NCBI GenBank assembly: GCA_965285935.1
Contig: OZ260665.1
Location: 20,460,001-20,524,000, forward strand
Source: Ophelia neglecta
Taxonomy: Eukaryota
Length of the DNA stretch: 64,000 nt
Reading direction: 5' to 3'
Shown: positions 9,401 through 24,349 of the stretch, piece after piece
Numbering within the stretch: the first letter of the stretch is position 1
Layout of the letters: each line of letters begins with the position of its first letter
The notes under the pieces: generated by a model
What the model was told of the DNA's origin: nothing
Databases searched by the model: none
What the model saw: the letters and a program-made list of their open reading frames with translations, nothing else
Made by a program: the position numbers and the translations under genes

Positions 9401-11760
9401 AGGCTTCATTACCTTTTGTTAAACTTCATTGATGGATAATTCCCAAAGAATGATACACTATTGGTTTCTATACAAGAGGGCATTGTACTTAGATTGTATG
9501 AAGGCCTAAACACACAATTAACTTACAGAAGGTCATATTAGAGGAAACTTGTTCTTGAAATGCATCCCTTATAATTTACAACAGAGGCTTCATTCTTCTT
9601 TCAATAACTGATACATGTACCTTTCCAAAACACTCTTAAATGATGTCCTCTTTGTTCATTGGAAGAAATTTGCACCTGAATCTGGCCAGGCTTGGGCTTG
9701 AGAGGGTTTTTGATAGAGAATTATTCTTTACCCAGAAACCTAATCATGTAAGGTGGCCACGTCTGTGACCCCCTGTGACCCCCCCTACCACAGGAATTAA
9801 TTCAGGGAAGTCATCATTCTCTCTATGGCGGACATCAAAGGCTGGGTACCTGTGGCTACCTGGCCTAACGGCCCAAGTACCAGGCCATAATCTTCACAGG
9901 ATACCCAGCAGATTAACTCAGATTAAAGAGACACCCGGTAAGATTACAAGCCCTCAAGTTATAATATTGTTAATTAAATGGATGACATTTCTGGAGAACG
10001 TTCAGTTACAGACTTCCCTAAGAGATATAGTATTTTACATTTCTAAGCCACTATCAAACCATAAGCTAAAAAACTTAGAGGATTTAATATTAAAGGCAAG
10101 ATTACACTACAAAATAAAAAAAAGAGATGAAAATTTCCATCAGGAATGATATTACACCATGAATGACTTTCAAGGCATCCACTAGTGACCAGATAAGGCC
10201 AATAACAGCCATTTGATGCAATTCTCATAACCACAGAATGTCATTAAACCTGCATTAGATTTGGTGATATTCAAATTTAGTGATAATAAACTCTAGGTGT
10301 CAGATTTAGCAGTGTCTGTGAGTGCTGCCTGCAGCAGATATTCAATGATATTCTCAGGAGAATAATGAACGGGGCATTATTTCTTAAACCACTATTCAAT
10401 GTCGGTCATTCCATGACTAACTTTCCCCCCCACAATTGGTTAATTCAAATGTTAACCGGAAATATTTCACAAGTCAGAATGGAGCACCATCTAATAGGCG
10501 TAATAAACTGGTAAATGACTTCAAAACTTCTCACAACAATTCGGTTTCTATTGACACCAGTGAGATTTAATTTAAACAGAAACTGCCTGATTACATTAAA
10601 GTCAGCTGGTGCTAACAGCTAACAGGGGCCCAGTCACAGCACAAGCATGCCAGACACAAGTGTTAGTTAGTGGACTGGGCCACACTGGTTAGATGGGGCT
10701 GGCTATACATGTACATCATGACATTCACGGCTAAAGCAACCCTGTTCAGAGGAGAAAAGGGGGTGGAATTTTCATTTTTGAGGATGTGGGCTTGGGTTCC
10801 ACTCTACAGGAGATCCCTCTATAGCTCCTTGTGACACAGACAGACCTATAATGTCCCTATTGAAGGCTAGCTATGTCAATATAAATGTACATGTAAAAGT
10901 TTTATTAATAAAAAATTACTATCTATGAGAGAAACAGAGACAGCTCACATTAAAGAATTGACTTATACTATTAAGCAGACCATTACTGGTGACAAATTAA
11001 CACTATCACTGACTTCTATAATCCTAGTGAGGGTCTTGGTGACCACAAAGTCCCTTAAATGCTACTGGACTCAAATACTGATCTATATAAGAATTATTTT
11101 CATTTTTTTTCATCATTTACTCTTTTCAATAACAAATATTTAATAATTAACAGAACTAAACAATAATGTAATAATCCTTTGAATATTGTTCAGGCATTGA
11201 GCTATATTATTTTGTTTTTCTTTATTACATCTCTTTTTGATCCCATCATCAACAGCACTGGTTCATTGATATTTACATTATCTTTAGTGTGCATCCAGCC
11301 ATGACCAAGTACCGAACTCGGGCAAGGCAGCGGAGTAATTTGTATGGCTAAGCCGATACCGTGGAATGTGTGTAAGATCTCTATCGTTAATGAATCAATG
11401 TTGATCAACGGCGATCAGTCGGGATATCAGCCGCGATATCGGCAGATTTAATTCATGTCATGATCGCCCGGCTCACAACCATTCACCGGCGATTGAGCCG
11501 AACGTAAATCTGCAGTGAACGCTGTCAATGAATCGTAACTGGACAACATGAAATAATCAATATCCAGGGGTATTAGCTCCACATAAGTGTGGATCGTCTT
11601 TGGCGGGTTACATTTAAGTCTAGCCATCTTGTGTACGTAGCTGTGCCTGCTACGGGTGTTGAGAACCATGCCTTATTAATCACGTGAAATCCAATGTAAT
11701 ATAATTTCTAATAGGAGCTAACTTTAAACACATCTCTATTTTCATGTGATGTTTAATCAG

Positions 11761-11982
11761 CAGGGCCCACTTTCTGAAAGCGGCCTTATAGCTCAATCTG
11801 ACTTAAATCAGTATTTAGGTGCCTGATCAGAGTTAACTGCTAATTGTGGGATCTGAAAGCTTCCCTTCCGGTATTTACCTTATACCTGGTCAATGTAAAC
11901 ACAAATTAACATGGTCTCAGCTTATCTCTAATAGGCTAATCTAATCCTGAAACTTAACAACCCTACAAGAAACCAGGCCCTG
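11761..11982. mobile_element. Degenerate MITE candidate
   Basis: Termini CAGGGCCCACTTTCT and AGAAACCAGGCCCTG are 12/15 complementary; non-coding interior. Confidence 0.35.
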
Positions 11983-12312
11983 CCTAGCCTCCGACCTTTT
12001 CCCATCATAGTGACTTAATAAAGACCACTGTCGTGATGAAATTTATAATTTGCTTATCACAACCTGACTTCAAATGGGGATTTTATCATCAGTGAAAACA
12101 AGACAGTTAGCCAATAATGTTATGAAAGAAAATGAAATTATAGAAATATCTCATCTATTGATGGCAGTGAGAGTCAGAAGAGGCAGTTGAAGGATGGGGA
12201 AGGGGGGAGGTGGGGGAAGGGGGGAGAGAATGAAAACCCCCTCTTCCCCCTGATAGTGGGAAGGGAGTTATGGGTGATGGGTTGATCATTCACCCTCTGT
12301 TCCTGATAATGT

Positions 12313-12377
12313 GGGGTGGGGTAGGGCTGGGGTAGGGCTGGGGGAGGGCTGGGGGAGGGCTGGGGGAGGGCTGGGGG
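12313..12377 (+). repeat. G-rich (GGGCTGGGGKA)n-type repeat, G-quadruplex-capable
   Basis: About five 11-bp units, more than 10 G-tracts. Confidence 0.8.
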
Positions 12378-15300
12378 TCTGGCATCCAGCCATTGCCCCT
12401 GACTGTGACCACCTTTATACAGGTGGTCTCCATTCTACAGGTTTATTTATGTAGATTATCATGGAACGCCTGTAGATTCTGATAACCCAGTTCCACTCCT
12501 ATCTCCCATCTTCAATCTCCCATCTCCAATCTCTTGTCTGATATCTCTATCAGGGTTAAACCTAGGCCTACCTAACCATGGGCTGTACCCTTCTACAGGG
12601 CAATCTGTGACACAGGGCTCATCATAGGGGCCTGCCTATCTCCCAGACACTGGGTTAGTCACAGACATGGCAGTGGTAAGTCTTCATAAACCATTAAAAT
12701 ACTGATCTACTACACACACAAGAGATGTCAGGGACAGTGGTCACAGAGGGGGGTATGACAGAATCAACAGAACAATGGTATAACAAAATTAACTAGGGCC
12801 CCAACTAGACAGTAATACAATACTACAGCAGTCTGATTGTGACTTTAAGTCATTGGGTTTGGATGCTGTACCCCCCCTCCCCCCTTCTTTTCCACAGAAG
12901 TAGATCTCTCTGGGATTGACAGTTTACCAAGCCTCAGTGGCACCTCGGCAGTAGCTATCAAGGCCTTCTCTTGTGTGGCCTGGCCGGCTAACATTTCAAA
13001 ATACACAGCCATCTCCAGTGTTTTACACTGGTTAGTGTATTCCCACCTCCACTGAGATGTGTAGAGATGGCCACCTCACCCCCACACCGGCCCCATCCAC
13101 CCTGTAGATTATATAAACTGATAGAAACCTGAGATCTGAGAGTAAATGGTACATGCCAAAAACTCTACATTTCTGAACAAATCCTAGGAAGATGTAAACA
13201 GAAGAGGGAAGAGGGGCAGGAGGGGGGAGAAGGGGGGGGGGAGGGGCACATGGGGTATTTTATAGCCAGCCAGACAGTGCTGATAAACAACACTTTCTTT
13301 TCACTCCTATAGAGAATATAAGTTATGAAATATCAGAAAGTTGCCACAAGGCATGCTACATGTAAGTAGATGGCAGGTCTGTTGTTTGTACACAGATAAA
13401 TACACCCGATGTTCGTGCCTTCCCACCACGGAGCCCAGCGGGAATCGGCAACACAACCCGTTAGAATCCACGGAGAAAATCTAATGGCTTGTATTAGGTA
13501 GATGGAAACAGGCTACAGTCGGAAGTTTGCAATTGTTGGCTAAAATTCCTGGCTCAATATTTGTAATCCACCAAAGTTTTTGGGAGGCCTGCTTTGATAA
13601 GTTCACAAATTTTAAGTTTGGTGTCTTTTATTGTTTAAGATTTTTGGAATGATCCAAAAAAGTCTGGATGCTGCATGTAGCTGAATACATCTGACTTGAA
13701 TTTTATGCAGAGTTTTGTTGCTTAACTTTTTGTTTGCTTTGTCAAAATGAAACAAACAAGAGTTGGCATTTCAGGATAAACAGTTAATAAATAGAAAAAT
13801 TGAGAATTAAATCTTTATATTGTTTGAATTCCTAGTCAGGGAATTACCTTTAAATCATGTAATATTTTTCTTATTATTTGTTACCTGTTAGACAACTCAA
13901 AGGTGACAATATTAGCTTGTTTAATAGCATCTTCAAAGGTTAGGAGTGAGAGTGGTGACTTTGAGGCTCACCAGGAAGGAGGAGTCTGCATGGAGCCCTC
14001 AGCCATATATAACCTCAGCTCTTCTACTGATTGAGCATACCCTCTTCACTACAAAGGCCGCCTCGTTGAATTTACCGACCAATTAGCCACTTAAACAAAC
14101 TGTACATCAGGCGAGATGAACTTCGCCGGCTCACTTTACACCCTCGCTGTATATCACTATATTTTCCCCCTCTCAAAGAATCTCTTACGCCTGTCTCCGG
14201 TGCTGTATGGGCTCGTAAACAACTGAATACTCTAATGAACCCGGAGAAAACGCTGAAAAGCTCATTTTTTAAGCTATATCGGCTGAATTATACCACAGAC
14301 GGCAAGTGCAGAATCACATTAAACTGTGAGTAACTGTTAAAACAATACTGTAATTAATGACCCGAGACTGAAGGACTTCACATATCTGTGTAGGAGCTGA
14401 AGAGCCAATGCTCTAAATCACACATATACTTTGATTTTATAACAGGTAAAAACCCAAGCTTCCTAGAAAAAAAAATACAGCCACAACTACAATTGATTTT
14501 AAAATGAAATAGGGCACTACTTTTTGCGAGTGGTTCCTAAAATTAAAATCCGCTCATCTTATTAACAAATTGGCACAAAATATGTTCAAAACTTTGTAAA
14601 CAGCAGGTTATTCATGGGGGATTCATTTCATGTTTGAAGACGATCAGTAGTTTCCAGAATGTGAAAGTAACCATTTGATCTTACATTGTTGAGGATGCAA
14701 CACTGAGTGGTCCCCTTGGGGGTGAACAAGTACAAAGAGGAGTTAAACAAGTCCTGCCCCTTTGCCCCCCACGGGTTCTGCTGTGCCCTGGTGGGGTATG
14801 TGTTTGCCCTATCCCCCTGTCTGCCCTGTTGTCACGGTAACCTAACCTGTACGCCTGTTCTCATTACTCATGTCTCCACTGTCTGGAGACGGCCTTGCTA
14901 ACATGCTGAGCACAACACCCATTCTATCTAGACTTCAAAATGTGACAAATCCACATGCCTCCTATCCTCAAAGGGGACTACTTTGTCAAGAGTAGGTATA
15001 CATTTATATACACTGCCTTGTGAAATCACCCCACGCTCTAACTCATTACCAAGCATGAGCTTATCATGTGTGCTGCGGAAACAAAACCCATGATTTGGTG
15101 ATGAGTAGGTCACACTATAAGTAACCATCACTGATTGGTCCCGATTCATCATTCATCATCGCCACAACTGAGAGAGAGGTCACATTAGCAGAAAAAAAAC
15201 ATGAAATAAATAGCTTTTGGGTGATAAACGAAATGTTTCATAATCAAACACTTGTGGGATTCAATTTGTCATTTGGGATGATAAAAGCAATGTATTATGT

Positions 15301-18300
15301 GAAATGCTGACACAACGATGGCCTCTAATAACCGGAAAGACTTTAACTATCTGAACACTCCACAAGCCAACCACCAGCCAAATCCTACCCATTATCATAA
15401 TCAAAAACCTAAATTGATTGTGAAGCTTTGAAGAACGAGGCTTGAATTGATTCAGATGGTACATTTCAAACATTACAGTTTGCAAACAGGTTGTAAGGCC
15501 CGAGGGGGGTGCCCGCTGTGAAGGCTGAGGTATTACGAGGCCCGACAAGCATAGAAGGGATTCTCCTGGCAATTTTACGCAACTCTGCACAAGCCTCAGG
15601 GCGATCTCAATATCTGTGGGCCCACTCTGGGTTATTACATGTACACAATGTGTGTTGAGGCTCCAATGGGGGTATGACAGGTGATAATGTTCACAGTACT
15701 ACCCACACTCGGTTTGATCAGCCCTCTCTCACTGTCCTAGAAGCTAAATGTTGTCCAAATCATGCCACTAAGTCGCTAGGATCCCCGCCTGAATTAGGGT
15801 AATATATGTCTTCTATTCTGATCAGGGCCTACATCAAAGAAGGCAGACTTCATCTCTATCACTTTCAACTGTCAAAAGATGGCAATAATCTCCAAAAGAT
15901 ATTTAGAAAAAAGAGATGGGGACACAACTAGAAAATACATTAACTTGTGCTTCGTCACTTCTAAAGGCGTGCTATGAAAGATTATCAAAGTTCAAAGAAA
16001 GGAAGTCATCCTTTAAGACAGCTAACTTTTCTACCTTCTCTAGGGAGGATCAGAGAGTGCGTGTCTGTTGATAATTGCACGTGCCCACTACCTAGTGGGG
16101 TCATCAGTGTTATGATTAACATGGCCAATCTTTTTCAGCATCCAGCCTCTTTGTGGCGGTTGTCGACGACAACCAGCCTCTTTGTGACAGCCACCGGAGG
16201 ACCCTGTGCCCCAGAACTTCCTTTGCATGTTTGATTTTGCAACAAAAATCATCAAACATTTCAAAGTTGACTTGCATCCACCCAATGGGACCCTGCTACA
16301 TGATAACAGAAGGAGGAAAGGGGATGTCACTGAGGAGGAAGTGGATTTCTGGGAATGACTGGCAGCCCCGCTCAATACACCTGTTCCTCCCAACTTGGGC
16401 CTGGGGATACGTCACAAACCGCCAGTCTTCGTCACCGACTGCCTTTCTGCTGTCACTACCAGATACCTGCTTCCGAGACAAGAAGGTCTGTTGGCGAGGG
16501 GCTAACTCGTCTGGAAATTAGCCAGTCAAAGCTGCCCAGCATCCTGGACTTAACTGCCAGGGACACTAATTGATGGAGGATCAGAATTTTTCGGATTTAG
16601 GTTTTTCCTGAATATTTACGTACCAAGCCCTCTCTACAGAACACGAACAAAAGACTATCGTTGAATGAAACAGCAGCTAGGTGGAGCCAAAACAATGGCT
16701 AGGTGGGGCTGGAACAGTGACTGCGGCAACAGCCCCACACTTGACTTGATAGTTACCAGCTAGAATCATTTACTACCAATTCACACTTGTCAAGTTTCAT
16801 TCAATGAAATCCATCGTTTTCCCTGCTAAATTTTCTCACAAATATTTATTTTCATTCTCATTCAAAACCACAACCAAGGGATTTTTGAGAGATAAAGAAA
16901 CAGACATATCTTCAAGCCTATCTTGTCTCACCCTCCAATTACCTTCCCACAATTCCACCCGTTTATACAGAAGTTGGGTTATTTTTCGGCGGCCTATTGC
17001 CGGTTGGAGATAGGCTCGCTGTGCCCCGAGTCCTTGGGTCTCTCTGATACAGATCCCTGGGGTCAGACCGCTGAACCCCCACCCAAGATGTTCATGTTAC
17101 CGGAAGATCTGCCGATATCCTGCTCAGCCTCTCGTCGAGGTGCTCCCATCTCTCGAGTGGCTGCATCAAGTGCCCTGCCCGTAGCCATGGCAACCCCAAC
17201 TCAAATCAAACCCGCCAGAGATCTATCCAATATTGTCCACTCGTCTTCTAGGCCTGATATTTTCATTTACGGCCACCTTTATGCTGAATAGAATGCCTTG
17301 GAAGGAGCAGCACTCGGCCGGAGAGGCTATTTCCTGGGATATCAAGATAGCGGGGACTTAGCCAACTTCCTTATTGCCTCTCCGCGATTACATCTGGCCA
17401 AGGAAATCAGAAAATAGAGAGAAGAGTCATAAACCGCCTGAAGTACTGCTCTGACAAAGTATCTACCAATTGATATTTCAATTTTAAATGTGCCATTTGC
17501 CACAGGAGCTGTCCTGGCGAGCAGGGGACCTGTCCTAGTGCGCTTGCCATGACAAGGCTCAGGTCTCTCATGGCAACCCCAGGCGGAGAGACGGAGAGAG
17601 GCTCCACCAGCCTGACAATGACTCCCTTGGGGGCCCAAATACCAATGTTTGACTATCAATACACTAGGATGTATTCCACTGGGAGCATTCAACCATCCTG
17701 CCCTGGCTAACCACCTGCCCACTTTAAAACAAATCATCACAGCCCTTCAAAACCTTCCAATTCCAACAACCACCATCCCAGCCTGCTGTAGAACGAACCC
17801 TGATGGCCAGCAGATCAGGGAAGTTTTCAATAAAGGAGGGAGAAGAGAAGGAATGACATATGGTCAGCAGGTCTCTGATAGTTTGTGTGTAGTGTGGTTT
17901 CCTGTCTATTAGACCCAGCTCTGGCCACACTCTCCTAGCCTCCCACCACTCTCTCCCAGGCTTCCAACACTCTCTCCTAGGCTCCCCAGCCTCCCATGGG
18001 AGCTAATACCGCCTGTTTTGATTTGTCCGGCCATTCCCCGGATCTCCTCTCTATTTGCACCCCCATTAACAGCTGTTATGCTATTAATTACCCATTACAT
18101 CCACTTCAGTTGCATAATTACTTCAACGGTCATTAGAATGAGACAAAGGCCGCTATTGGCCAGCGTCATGGAAACCATCAATATGCCATGGGACCATTGG
18201 TCAGTTCAAATGAAAACCACCAGAGGCCAAAGCACACAATGCCTTTCTGATGGTAATCAGCTTAGAGAGAAATGGCTACATGACCACCATGAAACTCAAG

Positions 18301-21300
18301 AAGACAGCAAACAGCCTGATCCCAGTCAAGTGGTAAGCCCCACTAGGCAAATACTGTCAATAGAGGCAGCAGAAATGAAATCTTCAGTGTCTGAGGACTA
18401 TAGGGGTCCTTGTACGTAGATTTGTGGGTTAAGCAAAGTGGCCACAGCAAGCTGACAAGGTAATGTTAGGGGGCAGTGAGCAGAAGACGACCCCAACGAC
18501 CCCCGACCCCTGGCATGTGTTCTGGGGTGTAGGGTGTCATGGTTAATGTAAGGGTGACGGCCTGGGCAGCCAACCGCCCAACCGTCCCTCTCCTGTGTGT
18601 TTAAGGGTGTAGAATGTCAGGGCTAATGTGGGCTAAGGGCTGGCCAGTCACCCCACCACAACCCTAAACCTGCTCTACATCCTGACTTCAGGGGAGACCA
18701 GAAATTAAAACCAACTGTCCGGGCAAGCCAGTACAATACAAGATGGTTTCTGCCTCCCCTAATACTAAAATTTTACCAAATTACTGCACAGTACAGCCGG
18801 CGTCACGCTACGCCAACATGGTATGCTCCTAATGTCAGATAAAGGCGTGATCATAAGCTGTCTGTCAGGAGGGGGCTGCTTAATTAGAGGTGTGTTCCGC
18901 TTGGTCGGGCGCTGATCAGGCTGAACACTGTACAAGTGGTCGGGAACATACTGGAAAGGCCAGGAGATGAGGAAATCAGACTCCTCAACATACAGAAACA
19001 GACTTCAGATATCTCTACACCAGCCTACCCCTGACACTGGACAAAGCAATCAACTACATCGCCATTGTCTGTTTGAAAACATGGCCCGGGGCTTTTAACA
19101 TGGCCCCAGGCTTTAAACGGGTCACGGCAATCATTTGTTGATTTGTCAGCGATTACCAACAAAGGGAGAGTGACCAATATCATAGACAAATGAGCCAATA
19201 TTGTTCATCATCGCAATAAATGCTAAATGCTAGGATCCCGGCCAATTTAAAATGAAAATGGGCAGCGTTTGCCAAATTTAGCCGGTACCGACAACAATAT
19301 GATATGACAGCACCAATGTCTGTTTATAGCCACAGTGTTATGTTTAATCGACTTGTATTCCAGACAATATTGGCAACTGTGCCAGTATCATTTGACCACA
19401 ACCGGCCCACATCACCTCATGATATAAGCAACAAGGAAAATACCCTACTTTTACTATCAATTTATCCGCTCCAGAAAAACCCCAAACAATATCTGACTAA
19501 TCAACACCTAATTCATCAGTTTTGCCATCGCATGACACGGAAAACTAACGAAAATAGACATACGTTTAAAAACCAATAAGGATGTTCATTTCGACAGCAA
19601 TCGCACTTTTAAACAATTTAAACAAACCCAACATACTCAGCAAAGTCCCTTTCTCTTTATTCAAAGCTACAACACAGGTTCATTTAGTTAAAATTGCTGA
19701 CAAGTGTACCTGCGGAGGAAAGAGATTGTGTTTGAAATAAGAATGACACTGGTGAAAAGTGTCTCCACAATTCTCTAAGTTCCTCTGATTGGTCAATATG
19801 ATGTTGTCAGCTGACCAGAGCAGTGATACTAACAGAGTAGTGGTCAGTTGTAACTGTAGCACAGTGCTTGTTACTCACCCATCAAGATAGCCTAACAGTC
19901 AGTGAGGATCAACTGACTGTCTCTCTGCTACAATTTACCTTGTGAGAACTAAATATAAGCATTTTTACTTCCATGTACTAGGTACACTCCTCAACACAAC
20001 ACTGATCATTACTTGTAGCCATAGGATGGCAAAGGTCCTAATTGTGATAGTAATCAAAGTTTCTAAGTGTCATAGTGGTTGAGTTTTCTCATTAAGATAG
20101 TTCTGGTTTTAAATGCAATATCACAGGGACCAAAATAAAGAGGGAACTGGCTCCTGTTCTGCTGAGGGTCCACAGATTCTCTCCCCCCTCCCCCCATGTC
20201 TATTCTGCTATTCTGCCCCCCCCCCTCCCCCTACCCACCACTCTAGGTAACTCTATTCAGCAAACCACTGACTTCCGTTTGACTTTTACAACCCACCCCA
20301 CAGAGCTAGACGTTCCTGCAAGGTGCCACCTTCAAAATTCCAAAACACTACGATTTATTACGCCACTCTTATTCACTATCAGACGCTTGACATTTAAATA
20401 TCAAGGTTCTATCCTGCTCGCAGTGACTTCACATCTACACAGATCCATCCCCTTGATCCGGCTATAATCTACGAGATATAAACTCTGGTTAAAGACCCGT
20501 CGCCTCTGTTTTCACCCGGTTAAAGGGATTTTGTTGTTTGTTAGTAAACACCTTTCCCACAGAGCGGGAGTGCGAGGGTCCTGTTTGTTTGTTAGAATCA
20601 GGGCCGAGTTTAACACAATGTGACAAGGCTCCCGCACAACAATGTGTGCAAGTGTCGGATTTATTTGTCAAAGCACCAGCCAGTTACAACACTCAGATTA
20701 ACAGTCATTATCCAAATCAAGGAATGGGTGGCCGCCATTTTCCACTACATTAAAATGATTATGAGTGATGAGTCCTCTGCCTGTCATTACAGCCAGCCTG
20801 AGACCAGCGCCTGTAATTTGGGCCGAACTTTACACAGATAATTACAGAACTCTCCACGCAAGGAGGCAAAAATCCCCTGCGATTTGGCGTAAAAGGTCCT
20901 CCTTAATTAATCAGGGTCTACATCAAGGCATGTCAATTACTCGCCGGTCCCCGGGCCATGCCCCTCCCCTCTGGGTATGCTCCCTGTCATCGGGGGAGGG
21001 GATTTCCTCATTGTGATCTAACCTCGGCTTTAATAGACCGTTATACAGGTGCTGCAGAGCTGACGAAGACAAGTCTATTGTAAAACTCGGGTAATACTTG
21101 GACAGTACCCATCTCGGTAGAGATTTAGGGGCGGAAGAGGCTCTGGGATTCCAGGCAAAATATACCCTTGAGAGTGTTGGATTGGTGTCTCATATCACAG
21201 CATGACACCCCCCTCCCACCCCCATCCCCCAGCGAGGAGACACCCATCCCAAACGTGGCTCTAGCCCCTACACCTGTACAGGTAAGAAGAGCAGACGGAC

Positions 21301-24300
21301 AAGGTGGTGGGCGACTTACCCTGTGGACAATCAAATATCACAGATACAGCCTGATACAGCCAGACACAGGTACAGCCAGTCAACTGGTACCCCTAACACT
21401 ATATTATAATTAACAATACACACAGGCAATACGAGAAAATACACTCTCCTAGCTTCAAATCAACACCAATTGACAGTTGTCTAAAAAACAAACTTAGGAG
21501 GTGGCAATGCATAAATAGCACACCTGGCTGGCAATAAGCTGGTTTGAGTTGGACCAGGCTAATTCTAGGCTGAGCTCGTCATTTTTCTTTTCTTGTATTG
21601 TATTTCCTTTTTTTCCAAAGGGTTGTTGAGTACAAGTTAAGACTTAAAAATAGTACATTCTTTCCTGCTTCAATGCTGGCAATCAGACTGAGTCTTATAA
21701 TTCCCAATAAAATAAAAATAAACTGGACAATCAGAACAGCAATTGATTTCAGAGGGCCACAAAGGTCAACAAGAGATGAAATCTGTCCTCGGACAGCAAA
21801 CACCCAGATACACGACTCATTGTTTGGGCTTTGATTTGGAATTAGGTGACAAATCGAGCTAAAATTAAATAAATAAGCCTTAATTCTATGCCTCAAAACT
21901 TTATTTTCTGCCTCAAAACTTTACAAAGAAGAATAAAGTTAAGTACAAAACTAAACTTATCGTGGATTACTTTCTTAATCAGAATTCAGCTGCCAACTGT
22001 TAGGACCCTAGGTTTGATGGCGGAGTGATTTGCACCAGAGGTAAATCGGTCCCAGGTCGCGTTCAGACAATAATCAGCTCACAAAACCCCATCACCGAAG
22101 CTGCAGCTGACTCGGAAATTTCCATGCCCTTCTTTGAGCACTCAACCAATTATTTGCGATGACCAGATAAAATTTTCAGCGGATGATAAAATAGCGACGA
22201 CGGGCAAAGAGCGTCCAGAGACTGATCCATCCGCTGGTTATCGGCGCCCGGGCAGCCCCTCTGTGCCCGATCCTGCCCAACAACCTTTGAAATATTCATC
22301 AGGAGGCCGGGCCTCTCTGAAGACTGGGGCCTGCTAAATAATCAGGCAATTAATCCTGGACTGGTCCCCTGCCCTGATCACCGCCCCACCATACCCACAG
22401 ACTGTTAACATCACCATCAACGTCAGGGGACCAATACACACGATTTATGAACAATTCACAAACTAGATAGCCAATTGTTACTGTCCTTGTCTTTGATGCT
22501 GGAGGCTCAGGGGCAAAGGGCATGTGACTTTACTACATGGAGAAAAATGAAAATTCGCGGAAAGATGGCGAGAAGGATGTATGGCAACATTAAACAATGG
22601 TCCCTTAACAAAGACGGCTGAAAGATAATGGATGAAAAAGTTTAGCAGGGAAAAGGAGATGTATGATAAAATTATGTCTTTGTTCAGTATGAAAAGACAA
22701 AAAAAGTCAGATGTAGTCAAAAATAGCCAGATGGATAAAAATGGAAAGTACAAGATATACTGATAAACAAAAGAACAATAAAAATCCAACAACTAGCATA
22801 AGTTATGGCCTTCTGTACTAAATGTATTAATACTTTGGATGCCAATTTGATATGCAGACCTGAAGTCTGTAAAGTGACCATAGAATAAGCACATTTTCTA
22901 AAAGTTCATGTCTTTGACTGATAATGGAGAAATTAAAGACAAATATAAATAGCCCTAAAACTAAATGTTCTGAAAGAACAGATCCTCAGCAATGCTATAA
23001 GACAAACCCCAGTGTAATAGATGCTGATATGGTGCACTCTTTTTAATACAGAATACTAGGAGGCCCATGGCACTTCAAGTGTTTAAGACGTCACTGTGAC
23101 ACAGGGGGTAATGAAAGAACTGTTGAATGCCACAGGCGCGATATATTAATAAATATAAATATCCTGCAGATGATACATGTATATTTGAGAGACCTATAGC
23201 ATATTCAAGGGACCAAACTTTCCGTCATAAATATTTACATATATATACAGTTTTTAAGCTTAGCGGGCTTTGGTGATAGCCGAAAGAGGCTTGAATTCTT
23301 CACCCTGACGAGTCACATCCCGAGAGCCGGGCAAGAAAAACACAACGGAAAGCCGTAGTGAAGATCAAGGGATTTCCATGGTAACTCATTGTCAGTGCCA
23401 CAAATTTGTCCTTTCAACATAAATGGTTGCCATCAAGGCAGAGTCAGAATAAAGGAGACACTTCAAAGATGGCAGAAAATTACTTTGCCCGTCGCCCGTA
23501 AGAAGTAATAATTGTTCGGCTCTCGTCTTGTAATTGAGAATTATAGGAACGAGGAAACAGTGAGAGACCAACCAACACATATGTACACCCGGCGCCTGCG
23601 GTCTGCTCAAAAAGTCATCGAAAATCTTTGATGGCAAATTGCAAAGAGGAGCCCCACCATGCTATTGTAATCTTAGGTATATACCAGGAGACGGGGCTGA
23701 CGAGGAACCATATGTAAGTAGTCCTGACAGCCACCAGTCGACAGTAGCCTTCAGAAATCTATCATTTCTTCCATTTTGGCAGGCGACCAACCACTGATGA
23801 CCTGATAATGTTTATGATAGTTCACACCCCTGCGCCTCGTGTCGGAATCTCCGCTGAATACATAATGCATATACCGGTAGGTATGTTAAGAAGTATATAC
23901 CCAAACACAACGATAGCCGAGATGGAATTCGTCACACATCTGTCACATCACAAGACCAAGCTCTCTACTTAAACACTAGCTATCATAAGTCAACAGTCAC
24001 TGGGTTAATTATACCAGCCAGGTGACAGTTTAGATACAAATTTTGAAAAAACTGTTTTTTTCACACTTTGTGGGAGGATGATGTGTGTACCCTCCAACAG
24101 GAGCACCTCAGGGGGCTTTTACCACCCCACCCCCCACCTTGGTTCTCTTGGCACCTAGTATAAGGAATCACTATCTAACCCCCCACCCCTTCCCCCCTGC
24201 ATTTACCCCTAGATCTTACCCATGACCTAATTACCCTAGAAATGTGCACACAAACTCCATCCACACCAAACCGTTTCGGCTAAGACATCTAATTTCATGA

Positions 24301-24349
24301 GCAAATTTTAGTGCCACTTTCAAGTAAACCCTTTAGCTTAAACACACTA

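Larger units (their letters stand above)
312..9841. promoter_or_regulatory. Dense cluster of TCF/LEF HMG-binding sites (candidate Wnt-responsive elements)
   Basis: ATCAAAG/CTTTGAT at 312, 1352, 1895, 2151, 2289, 3586, 3599, 4611, 7360, 7556, 7597, 7985, 8428, 8690, 9834, plus TTCAAAG/CTTTGAA variants (1733, 1973, 4182, 6745, 7166). Confidence 0.6.
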
